Shown here one piece after another: positions 10,029-20,124 of a DNA stretch of 64,000 bases; position 1 is the stretch's first letter, and each line of letters opens with the position of its first letter. Location: sequence record ON184125. One strand, written 5' to 3'. Below the pieces are notes generated by a model, which ran no database searches, was not told the origin of the DNA, and saw only the letters and a program-made list of their open reading frames with translations. This stretch comes from Escherichia phage PC3. Made by a program: the position numbers and the translations under genes.

Positions 10029-10370
10029 ATGACTACACTCGTAGAAACATTATTCCCAGGCTGCGTGCTTGGGCGCGGCGGATCCGAAGCCAACGGGCTA
10101 CCGATTGACGTCGAACCTCAGAACTGTGTTATTGTTGACAAGTTTCACGACAACCATTATGTCCTGAACAATCGTCGTGACCACTATCTTGTTTCCGTAG
10201 GAGATTCTTTGGTCAGTCTGCGCATCTGCAAGGCTATGCCAGGATCCGGCTATGGAGCATTCGCCTATATTCACAGCGTGTCAAATGACGAGCTGGGTAA
10301 AGAAGCTCTGGTTGAAAAATTCAAGAGTTGGAAGGATTCTTTCACCTCAATTGAACCTCCGAAGAAATAA
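10029..10370 (+). CDS. hypothetical protein
   Basis: 113-aa ORF with RBS AGAAGGAA and upstream TATAAT at 9995-10000. Confidence 0.45.
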   Translation: MTTLVETLFPGCVLGRGGSEANGLPIDVEPQNCVIVDKFHDNHYVLNNRRDHYLVSVGDSLVSLRICKAMPGSGYGAFAYIHSVSNDELGKEALVEKFKSWKDSFTSIEPPKK

Positions 10371-10483
10371 CTGAGGACTACACACTGACCTCATTATCGG
10401 TCAGGCAAAATCTCACACCCGCCAATAATCTATTGAAGTCCCCAGGGTTATAATAGCAGCACATATAACCCTGGAGACACCAC

Positions 10484-11908
10484 ATGATCCCTATCCTTGA
10501 AATAGTCCACCGACTTCGCGAAACCAAAGGCAGCAATGCGAAGAAAGCTGTGCTGACCGAAGCATTCAAGAACAACCCAGACTTGGCAGACTTCCTGCAA
10601 TATGTCTATGACCCAATGACGTCGTTCTATCGGACTGAGTTGAAGCTCAGCGCGTACCCTCGCATGCTCGTCCGTGAGAAGACTGATGACATCAGCGAAG
10701 TCTATGACGTCCTCGACCAGATGGCACAGCGCCTTGTCGGTGGCCAAAAGGCTGATGCCCTGTTGGCCTCTGTCGCCCTGAAGATGGATCCCCAATACCA
10801 CGAACTCATTCAGATGATCCTAGACCGTGATATCAAGGCGGGTATCGCAGAGAAGGGCATCAACGCTGCATTCAACGCCGCCGGAGGCACTGGACGCCTG
10901 ATCAACATTCTTCCGTATCATCGTTATGACAACATGACGATTGACCTGCTGAAGAAGATGGACTTCAAGCGCGGCGTCTACAGCCAGCTGAAGTCAGACG
11001 GTATGTTCGCCAACATCATATGTCGGTACAATAAAGAGCCTGAGATTCGCTCTCGCTCCGGTTCCCTTATCGCAGGTGGTTCGGTTGATAACCTTTCACT
11101 GGTGTTCAAAGACCTGATCTACGATGCGGGGATTGGTGAGAGTGTGTTCCATGGTGAACTTCTCGTTGTTGACCTCAAGTCTAATACCATCCTGCCTCGT
11201 GCTGTCGGTAACGGTAAACTCAACAGCGTGATTCAGACAGGAGAACCCCTAGAAGATCGTTATCGGGTGATCTACCGGGTGTGGGATGTTGTGCCGTATG
11301 AACAATGGTTCAACGCCCAGCGCGTGGATACCCCGTATGAGCGCCGCTTCGATATTATCCAGCAACTGTTTGATGAAGACGACGGTCTGGTTCAGGTTCA
11401 AGAAACCCGCGTTGTTCACTCATTTGCCGAAGCCGTCGACCACTTCAAAGACGCGCTGGCTCGCAAAGAAGAAGGCACGATATGTAAGGCCGCCGACATG
11501 CCTTGGGAAGATGGGACTTCTTCTGAAGGTCTGAAGCTGAAGATGGAGGTTGAGTGTGACCTTGAAATCGTGGGCTTCAACGAGGCCGACAAGAAGGGTA
11601 AACACGCCAAGACTTTTGGCTCACTGATTTGTAAAACTTCCGATGGCTTGCTTGTTGTTGGTGTATCAGGGATCTCAGATGAGCTGAGACGCCATATGTG
11701 GGAGAACCAGGGCGACTACATTGGCAAGATCGCCGCAGTGCTCTCCAATGGCGTACAGGATAAGACAGATGATGCGATGAAGTCTTTGTTCCTACCTCGC
11801 CTTGTAGAAGTCCGCATTGACAAGAAAGTGGCCAACACACTGGATGAAGTCTATGCGATACAGAAAGCGTACATTGAAAACATCGCATTCCTGTTGGAGT
11901 CTGCATAA
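10484..11908 (+). CDS. ATP-dependent DNA ligase
   Basis: N-terminus resembles T4 DNA ligase; adenylation motif around LKSDGMF (KxDG). Confidence 0.88.
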   Translation: MIPILEIVHRLRETKGSNAKKAVLTEAFKNNPDLADFLQYVYDPMTSFYRTELKLSAYPRMLVREKTDDISEVYDVLDQMAQRLVGGQKADALLASVALKMDPQYHELIQMILDRDIKAGIAEKGINAAFNAAGGTGRLINILPYHRYDNMTIDLLKKMDFKRGVYSQLKSDGMFANIICRYNKEPEIRSRSGSLIAGGSVDNLSLVFKDLIYDAGIGESVFHGELLVVDLKSNTILPRAVGNGKLNSVIQTGEPLEDRYRVIYRVWDVVPYEQWFNAQRVDTPYERRFDIIQQLFDEDDGLVQVQETRVVHSFAEAVDHFKDALARKEEGTICKAADMPWEDGTSSEGLKLKMEVECDLEIVGFNEADKKGKHAKTFGSLICKTSDGLLVVGVSGISDELRRHMWENQGDYIGKIAAVLSNGVQDKTDDAMKSLFLPRLVEVRIDKKVANTLDEVYAIQKAYIENIAFLLESA

Positions 11909-12123
11909 TGAAAGTGTATTTGCTGCAGTATCATGATGGGTGTGACGGTCTACAGGTTCAATCCGTGTCCGGGACGCCAGAGGACGCCCAAAACTCCTTT
12001 CTTGAGAAAGCAGAGGCCTGGGGATTTACCCCAAAAGTGGCGACCCAGCATTTCAGTATTGAGATCTGGGACACAGAGACGGGTTGTTATGTTGATGACC
12101 TGAAAATCGAACTGAAGGGGTGA
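11908..12123 (+). CDS. hypothetical protein
   Basis: 71-aa ORF, start coupled to ligase stop. Confidence 0.4.
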   Translation: MKVYLLQYHDGCDGLQVQSVSGTPEDAQNSFLEKAEAWGFTPKVATQHFSIEIWDTETGCYVDDLKIELKG

Positions 12124-12127
12124 TCTG

Positions 12128-12385
12128 ATGGACGAGCTATTCGCATTGGTGATTGCATTAACGTTCTTACTGTCCTTGATTATCAGCTCGCTTGTGTTGT
12201 TGCTGGTGTGGATAGCTATTCCCGAGATCAATAACCACAAGGCGCTCGTTGTCGTGATTATCCTAGGTCTGAGTGCTTCCCTTACTCTTCACTATTCCAA
12301 ACAGGAGTATAATCCTAACAAATATTACAAGACATTAGCGGACAAGTATCATGAGTTTAAGAATGAAAGAACTTCCGGTAAATGA
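12128..12385 (+). CDS. small membrane protein (2 predicted TM helices)
   Basis: Hydrophobic stretches LVIALTFLLSLIISSLVLLLVWIAI and LVVVIILGLSASL. Confidence 0.4.
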   Translation: MDELFALVIALTFLLSLIISSLVLLLVWIAIPEINNHKALVVVIILGLSASLTLHYSKQEYNPNKYYKTLADKYHEFKNERTSGK

Positions 12386-12602
12386 CAAGAAGTACATGTA
12401 CAAGGTTCTGCTGAGCCTCGGGGTGTCACAATCTGGGCTGGCTCGTTTATTGGATTGTTCTAATGTTGTGAACTACTGGGCGAAGGGTTATCGTGTTGTC
12501 CCCCGCTCCTTCCGTCGCTTCATCCTGGTGTTACAGTTCATCAAGAAGAAAGGGCTGATGGAAGAGTTATTGCAATTTATTAAAGAAGAGGAACGCAAAT
12601 GA
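12351..12602 (+). CDS. HTH (XRE-like) DNA-binding protein
   Basis: LGVSQSGLARLLDCSNVVNYWAKG resembles a Cro/C1-type helix-turn-helix. Confidence 0.4.
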   Translation: MSLRMKELPVNDKKYMYKVLLSLGVSQSGLARLLDCSNVVNYWAKGYRVVPRSFRRFILVLQFIKKKGLMEELLQFIKEEERK

Positions 12603-13294
12603 ACTATACCCGAGCGTTGGTTTCTATCCTTGAAAGGTCTTATTCTCGCAATCTGATTGGGTATTCAGAAAGACACCATAAAGAACCCAGGAGCTTGGGA
12701 GGGACTGATACTGCGGAGAATATTGCTGTTCTAACTGCTCGGGAACATTTCATAGTTCACAAACTTTTGGCCAAGATATTCAGTATGTCTCCTGCATACG
12801 TGAAAATCTTTTCTTTGATGAGAAATATATCAAAATCACAAACTTCACGCCAATACGAAGAGTTCGCTCTCAGAAAATGGGAAAGGGTGAAGACAGCTAA
12901 CAGCACTCCAGAGTTTAAACAAAAATGCAGTGAAAGATTCAAGGGGGTGGCGTTATCCCGTGAACACAGATCGAAAATTTCCGATTCGCTGATGGGCAGA
13001 CCCAAATCAGATTCACAACGTTCCAAATTAAAACAAATCCATTCAAAGCCTTGGGAAAGTCCAAATGCGACACATACCCGCAAATATTGGGCTTTGGCAG
13101 GAATATTCTATGATTGGTGGGTAGCCGATGGTGCCAGGTTAGGCATATGTCGAAATGTAACGATGGTCAAGGAATTGGGGGTGGATCGCGCCGAAATGAC
13201 CGCCAAAAGTTGCATACAAAGATTTCAAAAAGGATGGGTGCCGTACAATGATGAGAATTGGGTTAAGTTTTTCGAGGAAATGAAAAATGCGTGA
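12599..13294 (+). CDS. HNH homing endonuclease
   Basis: HHKEPRSLGGTDTAENIAVLTAREHFIVH HNH motif; C-terminal FQKGWVPYND module shared with the two other endonuclease ORFs. Confidence 0.8.
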   Translation: MNYTRALVSILERSYSRNLIGYSERHHKEPRSLGGTDTAENIAVLTAREHFIVHKLLAKIFSMSPAYVKIFSLMRNISKSQTSRQYEEFALRKWERVKTANSTPEFKQKCSERFKGVALSREHRSKISDSLMGRPKSDSQRSKLKQIHSKPWESPNATHTRKYWALAGIFYDWWVADGARLGICRNVTMVKELGVDRAEMTAKSCIQRFQKGWVPYNDENWVKFFEEMKNA

Positions 13295-13952
13295 GTATAC
13301 CGATTGGGAAAAAATGCAGTTCGAGCGGGCGTTCAACGTTTACTGTGTCTTCATGGCGATCAAGCTGCACTTCACCACTAAGGACTTCGATTACAGCTTG
13401 TATGGACCGATGAATTACAAGTTCGAGACGTTCTTGGCGAAGGAGGCTGTGTGCAAACAGTTTGCTCGCCTTGCCCGTCGGTTCGAGTCATCACAGGGTG
13501 AAGTGGTAGAGAACTACATCATCGCCAACTTCATCAAATCACCCAAGACCTGGGTGACGACATTGCTTACACGCCAGGCTCAGGCCAATTATGATGAATA
13601 CCGTAAGCTGTACGAGAACTTCACATATAACTTCCTTGAGGAGTTCGAGCGGGAGATGATCCCTGCCATAAGGGAGCGCAACTGCACCTTCATTGAGTAC
13701 ATCAAGGGGACGGGTACAGGTCATCCACCGTTGCTGACAGACATCATCATCAAGAAGTTCCCGATTTGGTTCCTTGTCGGTCTGAACAAGATCGTTGGTT
13801 TCATTCATCTATACGATACGATTCTGCGTGATGACATCTACTGGAACTCAGAGGCGTTCTTGCTCAGGAAGACGAATGCTGTGGTTCCGGATGAGGATAC
13901 CACATATTCAAAACAGAGACTCCGTGAGCTAATACAAGCCCACGGAATCTGA
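13287..13952 (+). CDS. hypothetical protein
   Basis: 221-aa ORF. Confidence 0.5.
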   Translation: MREYTDWEKMQFERAFNVYCVFMAIKLHFTTKDFDYSLYGPMNYKFETFLAKEAVCKQFARLARRFESSQGEVVENYIIANFIKSPKTWVTTLLTRQAQANYDEYRKLYENFTYNFLEEFEREMIPAIRERNCTFIEYIKGTGTGHPPLLTDIIIKKFPIWFLVGLNKIVGFIHLYDTILRDDIYWNSEAFLLRKTNAVVPDEDTTYSKQRLRELIQAHGI

Positions 13953-15899
13953 TTACCATTCCCACAGGATGCGGGAATTATCTGTTTTGTTCTCAGGCTC
14001 AAGATATGAGCTGTTGAAGTTATTGGTCGTGTTGATCCTCTTAGAAGCATCCACATTCTGCTGTACTGGCATCACGACGCTGGCCGGAGGCGGTGAATAG
14101 CCGCCTTGTACTTGCTCAATATTAGACAGCGCCCTCCCTTGTGATGGCATGGCCCCGCCCAGAGTACCACCCCCGATAGAACCATACGCAGCTTTCAGCT
14201 GAGAGGTGCGGTCATTAGTCATATTCTTGTAATCTGAAGACGCACCAGAAGGTATTGGAGTCAGCGTTTGTGGATCGATGTTCGGTTGTGCTGGCGTCTG
14301 TGGCTGCTGGGTCTCTGTCACATCAGGAGACGGATTCTCATCAGTGTCAATCAGCATAGACTGGCGAGCCTCATCCATCTTCTGCTTCGCAGCCTGTCCA
14401 CCCAGAGCGTCAGGGATGATGCTGACGAACTTGTCAACGATATCGAACATCGCATTGGTGATTGTGTTCAGCATGTTGAAGAAAGGTTTCTTCACATTTT
14501 CGGCAAATCCCTTCTTGATTTCGTCAATAACCTTGTTGGCCACACCCATGCCCTCGTCGATCACACTACTGATACCCCCTGTGATCCAGTCTACCAGCTT
14601 CATCAACTCGGACTGTAGGTTGTCTGCTAACTTGCCAGGGATATCCGTAAGAGACGTGTCTCTCCCGATCCCTGCAAACAAGTCGTTGCTAATCCAGTCG
14701 ATAATACCATTCAGCCAACGAGCGGGAGCCTCAGTGATCATGAGGGTGTATTTGCGCAGGGTTTCACCCGCCTCGGTATCAAAGCCAAAGATCTTGGACA
14801 CCCAGTCAAATAGATCACCAAATCCACCAACCAGTTCTGATATCCCCGCCCGTACTCGGTCAACTATCGTGACAGCACCTTTACCCAGGATCTCCTTCGC
14901 ATCAATGAAGCCTTTACCGAAGTCCCAGATCATAGACAGGAGAGCCAGTGGGCCGACTTTCAGGAACTTGAACACCTTCCCAAATGGGCCCAGAAGTTTG
15001 GTGATACCTTCTCCCAGCTTGGAGAACATGCCGAGGAAAGTCCCGACAACACCACCGATGATCTTGAACGGCTTGAGCAAGAAGCCCTTCAGTGCATTCA
15101 GGCCAAGCATGGCCGCCACCGCCGCCCCGATACCGGAGGAATCGTCTTTCTGGTCATCGTCTTTGGGTATAACAGAACCCGCCTGAGGATGACCACCCGT
15201 TTCTTTGTCGGTTTCCCCACGGCGCATCTCGTCCTTCTCACGCCACTTCTGGTCTTCATCAAAGATGCGTGTCAACACTCCAACGATATGACCGCCCGTG
15301 CGCCCAATCTTGTTTTCAATGCTATACAAGCGAGTAAGGGTGTCATCGGAGTTCTTTTTCAGTTCAGCAACATCGTCACGAACCTCGATCATCACTCCGT
15401 CGATCATGTTCAAGAATGATCCCACGCGGACCAGAGACACACTCTGCTCGTCCATGCGCTTGAGGGTGTCATCATTGGCAGACTTCAGCTGGTCTGAGAT
15501 CAGGTTAAGATACTCCAGGGACGTGTCATCTGTTGGCATGCGGGTGATCTCACCGAGGCGGTCAATCTTGCCTGCGATATTCTCCAGTTCCCGATTGCCT
15601 TCGTTACCCACATCGACAGTATCCTTCATCCATACGCTGAAGTCGCGGGTGAAGATCGGAGACATGCGAGCGAATCCCATGACGATCTCATTGACTGTCG
15701 GGATACGGATTTCAAATGGCTTGGACTCGGCCTTGGTGCCCTGTTTAGTGGCAGATTCCAGCTTGGCCAGATTCTTGTTCATCCGGTCAAGCTGTCTGTT
15801 GGTTTCATTCTGAGCGCGGAGTTGTTTGCGCTGCATCATCTCCGCCTTGATCTTGTCTAGAACTTTGACAACATCATTGTTCGTTGCTTCCTGTGCCAT
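13953..15899 (-). CDS. virion structural protein, tape-measure/hub-like (coiled-coil N-terminus, Gly-rich hydrophobic core)
   Basis: 648 aa; N-terminal heptad-like region; GIGAAVAAMLGLNALKGFLLKPFKIIGGVVGTFLGMF segment typical of tape-measure or baseplate-hub proteins. Confidence 0.5.
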   Translation of the reverse strand: MAQEATNNDVVKVLDKIKAEMMQRKQLRAQNETNRQLDRMNKNLAKLESATKQGTKAESKPFEIRIPTVNEIVMGFARMSPIFTRDFSVWMKDTVDVGNEGNRELENIAGKIDRLGEITRMPTDDTSLEYLNLISDQLKSANDDTLKRMDEQSVSLVRVGSFLNMIDGVMIEVRDDVAELKKNSDDTLTRLYSIENKIGRTGGHIVGVLTRIFDEDQKWREKDEMRRGETDKETGGHPQAGSVIPKDDDQKDDSSGIGAAVAAMLGLNALKGFLLKPFKIIGGVVGTFLGMFSKLGEGITKLLGPFGKVFKFLKVGPLALLSMIWDFGKGFIDAKEILGKGAVTIVDRVRAGISELVGGFGDLFDWVSKIFGFDTEAGETLRKYTLMITEAPARWLNGIIDWISNDLFAGIGRDTSLTDIPGKLADNLQSELMKLVDWITGGISSVIDEGMGVANKVIDEIKKGFAENVKKPFFNMLNTITNAMFDIVDKFVSIIPDALGGQAAKQKMDEARQSMLIDTDENPSPDVTETQQPQTPAQPNIDPQTLTPIPSGASSDYKNMTNDRTSQLKAAYGSIGGGTLGGAMPSQGRALSNIEQVQGGYSPPPASVVMPVQQNVDASKRINTTNNFNSSYLEPENKTDNSRILWEW

Positions 15900-15910
15900 G
15901 GGTCACCTCG

Positions 15911-17299
15911 TTAAACCTTCTGTGCTTGGCCTTTCTCAATCGCCTGAGGAGTAGTGGTGGAAGCAGTTGTCTGATTGGTCTGAGGTGGAAGCACCTGCTC
16001 CAGCAAACTGTCCTTGGCAATCTCAGCGATGCACTGATAATCTTTGGTCAGGCGGGAAATCTTGTGACGCACTTTGGTCACGATATAGTGGCCTGTCGAT
16101 AGCTTACTTAACTCTGCCAGCTTTTCGTTCTTCTTAGGACGGTTGGACTGGTCTTCGACGTAGAACACCTGACCGACGTTCAGGCGGTTATCACCAACGA
16201 GCAACACGCGCATCACAGTGCTGGCAAGACTGAAGTTGATAACACGACGAGCATAATCAATCTGCTCTGCTCCATCCGGCTGGGCTTCAATGTAACGGAC
16301 GTTCTGACGATTGAATTCATCTGAGAACATCGGGAACGGATCAAGGTGAGCCGTCTCTGCAAACCACTCAGTATAGATGCGCTGTGTTGGGGTGACTGTC
16401 TTGGTCTCAAAGTCGTAGACGCGCTCGTTCACCGCCAGGACATCGCGGTAGTTTGCCATGAACTGGTCACGCGCCAGCTTCTTCTCTGCCTTGATGATCG
16501 TGCGCATAAAGCGCTCAGAGTTGAAGTTGTTATCCTGCATGAGCGGCGCGTCCTGAGGATCACGGAACAACTTGTTCTGCTGAGCTAGTTCCTGCTTCTC
16601 TTCTGCTGTCAATGACTGGCTACCCTGGTTGAACAACGTCGTCAGGCTCTTGAAGTGATAGCCATTGAAGTCTTCATAGAAAACGAATGGCATGAACAAT
16701 TCGTCATAAGAACGGCTCGCCATATAATCAATAGATCGCAGCACAGGCCAGAGCGGGGTGGCGAACCGCTCTTGAATTCCATATGACGGGTCGATGTCTT
16801 CGAACTTGGTGCGCGACTCCAGCTGATTGAAGATTGTCTTCGCCATGTCAGAATACGAACCGTCAAGACCGAGGGAGCATCGGATCATGCTGTCCTTATA
16901 GGCATCGGTGGTCACCATGTGCAACCAGAATGCTTTCTTGGACGAGCTGTTGGACTCATCAGCTACGCGCCCAACACGCGCTACGCGCAGGGAGAGAGTG
17001 GTGTATTCCGAGGCCGCCGGACTCTTGAATGACACCACAACTTCTTCACCACCCAAGATAGGCATTGTGTCAAGAATGTCCCACCCTTCTTTTATCAAGA
17101 CATTGGCTGTAAGTGATGGAGATGACTTCCCTTCAAGACCCAGATCCTGGAAGACGTTGAACTCCTCAAACAACGCCGTCAGGTCATATGGCGTTGGTGA
17201 TCCACCCTGGGGTGTATGAGGGAGGATCGCCATATACTTCAGGTCAAATGTTGTTGACGGTGTTACAATACCGTCTTGGGTCTCTCTGTTTTCGATCAT
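15911..17299 (-). CDS. hypothetical protein (probable tail/baseplate component)
   Basis: 462-aa ORF in the same minus-strand operon as the neighbouring structural-looking genes. Confidence 0.5.
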   Translation of the reverse strand: MIENRETQDGIVTPSTTFDLKYMAILPHTPQGGSPTPYDLTALFEEFNVFQDLGLEGKSSPSLTANVLIKEGWDILDTMPILGGEEVVVSFKSPAASEYTTLSLRVARVGRVADESNSSSKKAFWLHMVTTDAYKDSMIRCSLGLDGSYSDMAKTIFNQLESRTKFEDIDPSYGIQERFATPLWPVLRSIDYMASRSYDELFMPFVFYEDFNGYHFKSLTTLFNQGSQSLTAEEKQELAQQNKLFRDPQDAPLMQDNNFNSERFMRTIIKAEKKLARDQFMANYRDVLAVNERVYDFETKTVTPTQRIYTEWFAETAHLDPFPMFSDEFNRQNVRYIEAQPDGAEQIDYARRVINFSLASTVMRVLLVGDNRLNVGQVFYVEDQSNRPKKNEKLAELSKLSTGHYIVTKVRHKISRLTKDYQCIAEIAKDSLLEQVLPPQTNQTTASTTTPQAIEKGQAQKV

Positions 17300-17850
17300 T
17301 TCGCCAACTCCTGCTCCAGCTGATTGACAAACGAAGACACATAATCTGGGTCGAGTACTTGGATGTTCCGTTTGGCTTCATTCTTACTGATTGCATCATC
17401 ATGGTATGAAACTGCCGTCAGACCATAGTTAGCAATTATGGACGGCTCATCTAGGTCTAGGTTATATGCAAATTTGATAGCACGGGCGTCGGTCACATTG
17501 TTGAACTGGTCGACATAATAGGCTGTATCCCACATACCATCGATGCCGTAATCTGCAGTCAGTTCTTCAATAATACGGCGTTCCGGTTTCGGCCAGTCCT
17601 TATTGATGTCCATGATGCCGTTTATCAGACAAGGTATCCAAAACAACTCGAAGGATCCGTAAACGCGTTCTGCGAAAGACCTTGGGGTTTCCCCCTCTTG
17701 GATCGTATACGGCAGGAGAAGCCCTTCGATGTCCTTAATTTTCTGTAAGATCATCACCCGGCGCGTTAAGTTCTGTAACAACACCTGATCATTCTCTTGG
17801 ACATCTTGCAATTGATGCCAAACAAGTGGAAACTTCTCAAAATATTTCAT
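17296..17850 (-). CDS. hypothetical protein
   Basis: 184-aa ORF with 4-nt overlap to the downstream gene. Confidence 0.5.
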   Translation of the reverse strand: MKYFEKFPLVWHQLQDVQENDQVLLQNLTRRVMILQKIKDIEGLLLPYTIQEGETPRSFAERVYGSFELFWIPCLINGIMDINKDWPKPERRIIEELTADYGIDGMWDTAYYVDQFNNVTDARAIKFAYNLDLDEPSIIANYGLTAVSYHDDAISKNEAKRNIQVLDPDYVSSFVNQLEQELAK

Positions 17851-17861
17851 GGCATCCTCTC

Positions 17862-18830
17862 TTAGAAGCTATCGCCTTCGGTTTCAAAGCGCCCTTTGTG
17901 TAGAGGCTCCAGTTCGATGAAGGTCATGTCAACCTGCGTGGACACGATACCATCATCTTTGTGAACCGCGTATGAACTGTCCGGCGTCTCGTTGACGAAC
18001 ATGTTGGAAAGTACACAAGTGGAGATGCGGTGCAGCCACTGGTTACGCTCCCCATTGACCATGAACGTAATGTCGAATGTTGAAGGATGCAAGTAAAACG
18101 CGCTGGAATTCTTGTTGTACTTGTACTCTGGGTACATGTGCATCTTGAACATGCGGATGATCTCACGGACCATCTTGGCTTCCTTCTGAGATCGCGGCGT
18201 GAATTTGAATGTAAATGGAATCTCACGGTTGCGAACACCCTGGAAGATCATCTCCACATATGGGTTGGTCATGGTGCCTGTGAACAACTCAAGGGTGTCA
18301 TGGGCGTTAATGCTCGGCAGGAATGGAATAGCCTCCGACGCAGATTGGATAGCCTTGGTGGCAGCGAATCGCCCCATCTCCTTCCCGACGTTGAGCGCAT
18401 CACCCAGTTTAAACTGAGTCATGTCTTGGGCGGCGCGGGAAAGGAACTGTGCTCCCATACCAGCCAACCCCAGCTCGCTACCGTTCCAGCCAACACCATA
18501 GTTGGTTGTAATGTACTCGGGCATACAAAGTACGATAGACTCGTTTGAACGAACGTGACGCGCCCATGCATATTTGGTGATGGAACCAGACTTGGACCCA
18601 TAGACCACAGGAGTATTCCCCAGAGGGTTCTGTATTGGGTTCTCGATAGTCTGAGTAGCCGTGTTGCCATAAGATGAACCGGAGATACGGTTGATGTTGA
18701 ATAGGACATAGTGTCCTAAAGTCTTACCCCCAGTAACGTCTAGGGGATAAGACAATTGCTTCTGAGCCTGGGACAATCCCTTCGTGTTCAGAACCTTGAT
18801 CTTATCGATTGTCTTCTTGAAGTCGGCCAT
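17862..18830 (-). CDS. hypothetical structural protein
   Basis: 322-aa ORF divergent from the gp4-like gene. Confidence 0.5.
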   Translation of the reverse strand: MADFKKTIDKIKVLNTKGLSQAQKQLSYPLDVTGGKTLGHYVLFNINRISGSSYGNTATQTIENPIQNPLGNTPVVYGSKSGSITKYAWARHVRSNESIVLCMPEYITTNYGVGWNGSELGLAGMGAQFLSRAAQDMTQFKLGDALNVGKEMGRFAATKAIQSASEAIPFLPSINAHDTLELFTGTMTNPYVEMIFQGVRNREIPFTFKFTPRSQKEAKMVREIIRMFKMHMYPEYKYNKNSSAFYLHPSTFDITFMVNGERNQWLHRISTCVLSNMFVNETPDSSYAVHKDDGIVSTQVDMTFIELEPLHKGRFETEGDSF

Positions 18831-18880
18831 GGTCTCAGCCCTTAAATAGATAGAGTGTTATGGCTATTTAGGACTAGATT

Positions 18881-19495
18881 ATGAGCAACTATCTTCAGGG
18901 GAAGTACACCCCAGTTAATCCCAAGAAGTATCAGGGGAATGTGAATAACATCATCTTCCGCTCTTCGCTGGAGTTGGTGGCTTTCAAGTTCTGTGATATG
19001 AACTCCGCGATAGTGAAGTGGTCTAGTGAGGAGACCGTAATCCCTTACATTTCCCCAGTCGACGGGCGCACCCATCGTTACTTCATGGACCTCAAAGTCT
19101 GGACGCGCCGTGAAGGGCAAGAGGAACTACAGGTCACCCTCATTGAGATCAAGCCCAAAGACCAGATCAAGCAGCCGAAGAAGACTCCGAACATGAAGGA
19201 GTCGACATTCAACAATGCGATGCGAACCTGGTTGGTCAATTCTGCCAAGTGGGAGGCCACCCGCGAACTGTGTGCCAAGAAGAACTGGAAGTTCATTATA
19301 TGGACTGAAGAGCATCTTGTTCCGGGTGAAGATCCGGATGTTCGTAAACAGTTTGAGCTGAAGTCGAAAAAGAAACGGGATATGGAGATGCAAGATCGCC
19401 GACATGCCGAACGTGTCAGGGTGCTGAAGGAACAGATGCGGAAGGAGATTAAACCCGCCCCAACGGAGCGGGATGATGGACTGCTCTTACCTTAA
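18881..19495 (+). CDS. head completion nuclease-like protein (T4 gp4-like, PD-(D/E)XK fold)
   Basis: YQGNVNNIIFRSSLELVAFKFCD...WSSEETVIPY...FMDLKV...LIEIKP pattern recalled from gp4-type proteins. Confidence 0.45.
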   Translation: MSNYLQGKYTPVNPKKYQGNVNNIIFRSSLELVAFKFCDMNSAIVKWSSEETVIPYISPVDGRTHRYFMDLKVWTRREGQEELQVTLIEIKPKDQIKQPKKTPNMKESTFNNAMRTWLVNSAKWEATRELCAKKNWKFIIWTEEHLVPGEDPDVRKQFELKSKKKRDMEMQDRRHAERVRVLKEQMRKEIKPAPTERDDGLLLP

Positions 19496-19704
19496 CTTCT
19501 CTTGTGGCCAGGGGCGTAACAGGTATGCCTGTCGCGCCCAATTTGCCAGCCGTCTGATCGCGCCTGTTTGACACACTCACCCCAAGTCTCACCAGTGTAT
19601 TGTTTGAACCCGCACTTGGGGTGATGCTCTTCCCAAGCCCAACTGCATGCCTTGCAATCTGAGCATTCACAATAAAGATCGATGGTGTAACCTGAAATGA
19701 TCAT
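19492..19704 (-). CDS. small Cys-rich protein (zinc-ribbon-like)
   Basis: 70-aa ORF containing CECSDCKAC and later Cys/His residues. Confidence 0.3.
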   Translation of the reverse strand: MIISGYTIDLYCECSDCKACSWAWEEHHPKCGFKQYTGETWGECVKQARSDGWQIGRDRHTCYAPGHKRS

Positions 19705-19706
19705 GA

Positions 19707-20114
19707 TCAGTCTTCTAGGTGATCGTAGATCTTCTGGCGGAACGCATTACCACCAGCACAACCCTTGGCCAGCAGGTGGGTGCCGCCCGTACCGATCACG
19801 CTGATTGTTGAGAAGCCCAGGATGCGACCTGTGATGGACTGATCAACCTTCACTGTCTCCACCTTACCGATGCGCAACTCATCAGCATCACGACGGATGA
19901 AACCACGTTTGACGATGACGCGCTTGTTAGTCACAGCGAATTCAGTTGTCAATACATTTAAAATTGTTGGTATCAGAAATAACAAGCTGAATCCAAATGT
20001 TGGGATAAACGTTAAAATAACCAGAACGTAAATCCAAAAACCGCTCCACCAAGTCGGGCGGGTGAAGGCAATAACGTGCTCGTCTTTGCCGAGCATACGA
20101 TCTACATAACGCAT
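19707..20114 (-). CDS. membrane protein with bacterial PH-like domain
   Basis: Two predicted TM helices followed by VTNKRVIVKRGFIRRD... region. Confidence 0.4.
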   Translation of the reverse strand: MRYVDRMLGKDEHVIAFTRPTWWSGFWIYVLVILTFIPTFGFSLLFLIPTILNVLTTEFAVTNKRVIVKRGFIRRDADELRIGKVETVKVDQSITGRILGFSTISVIGTGGTHLLAKGCAGGNAFRQKIYDHLED

Positions 20115-20124
20115 GATAAATTCC

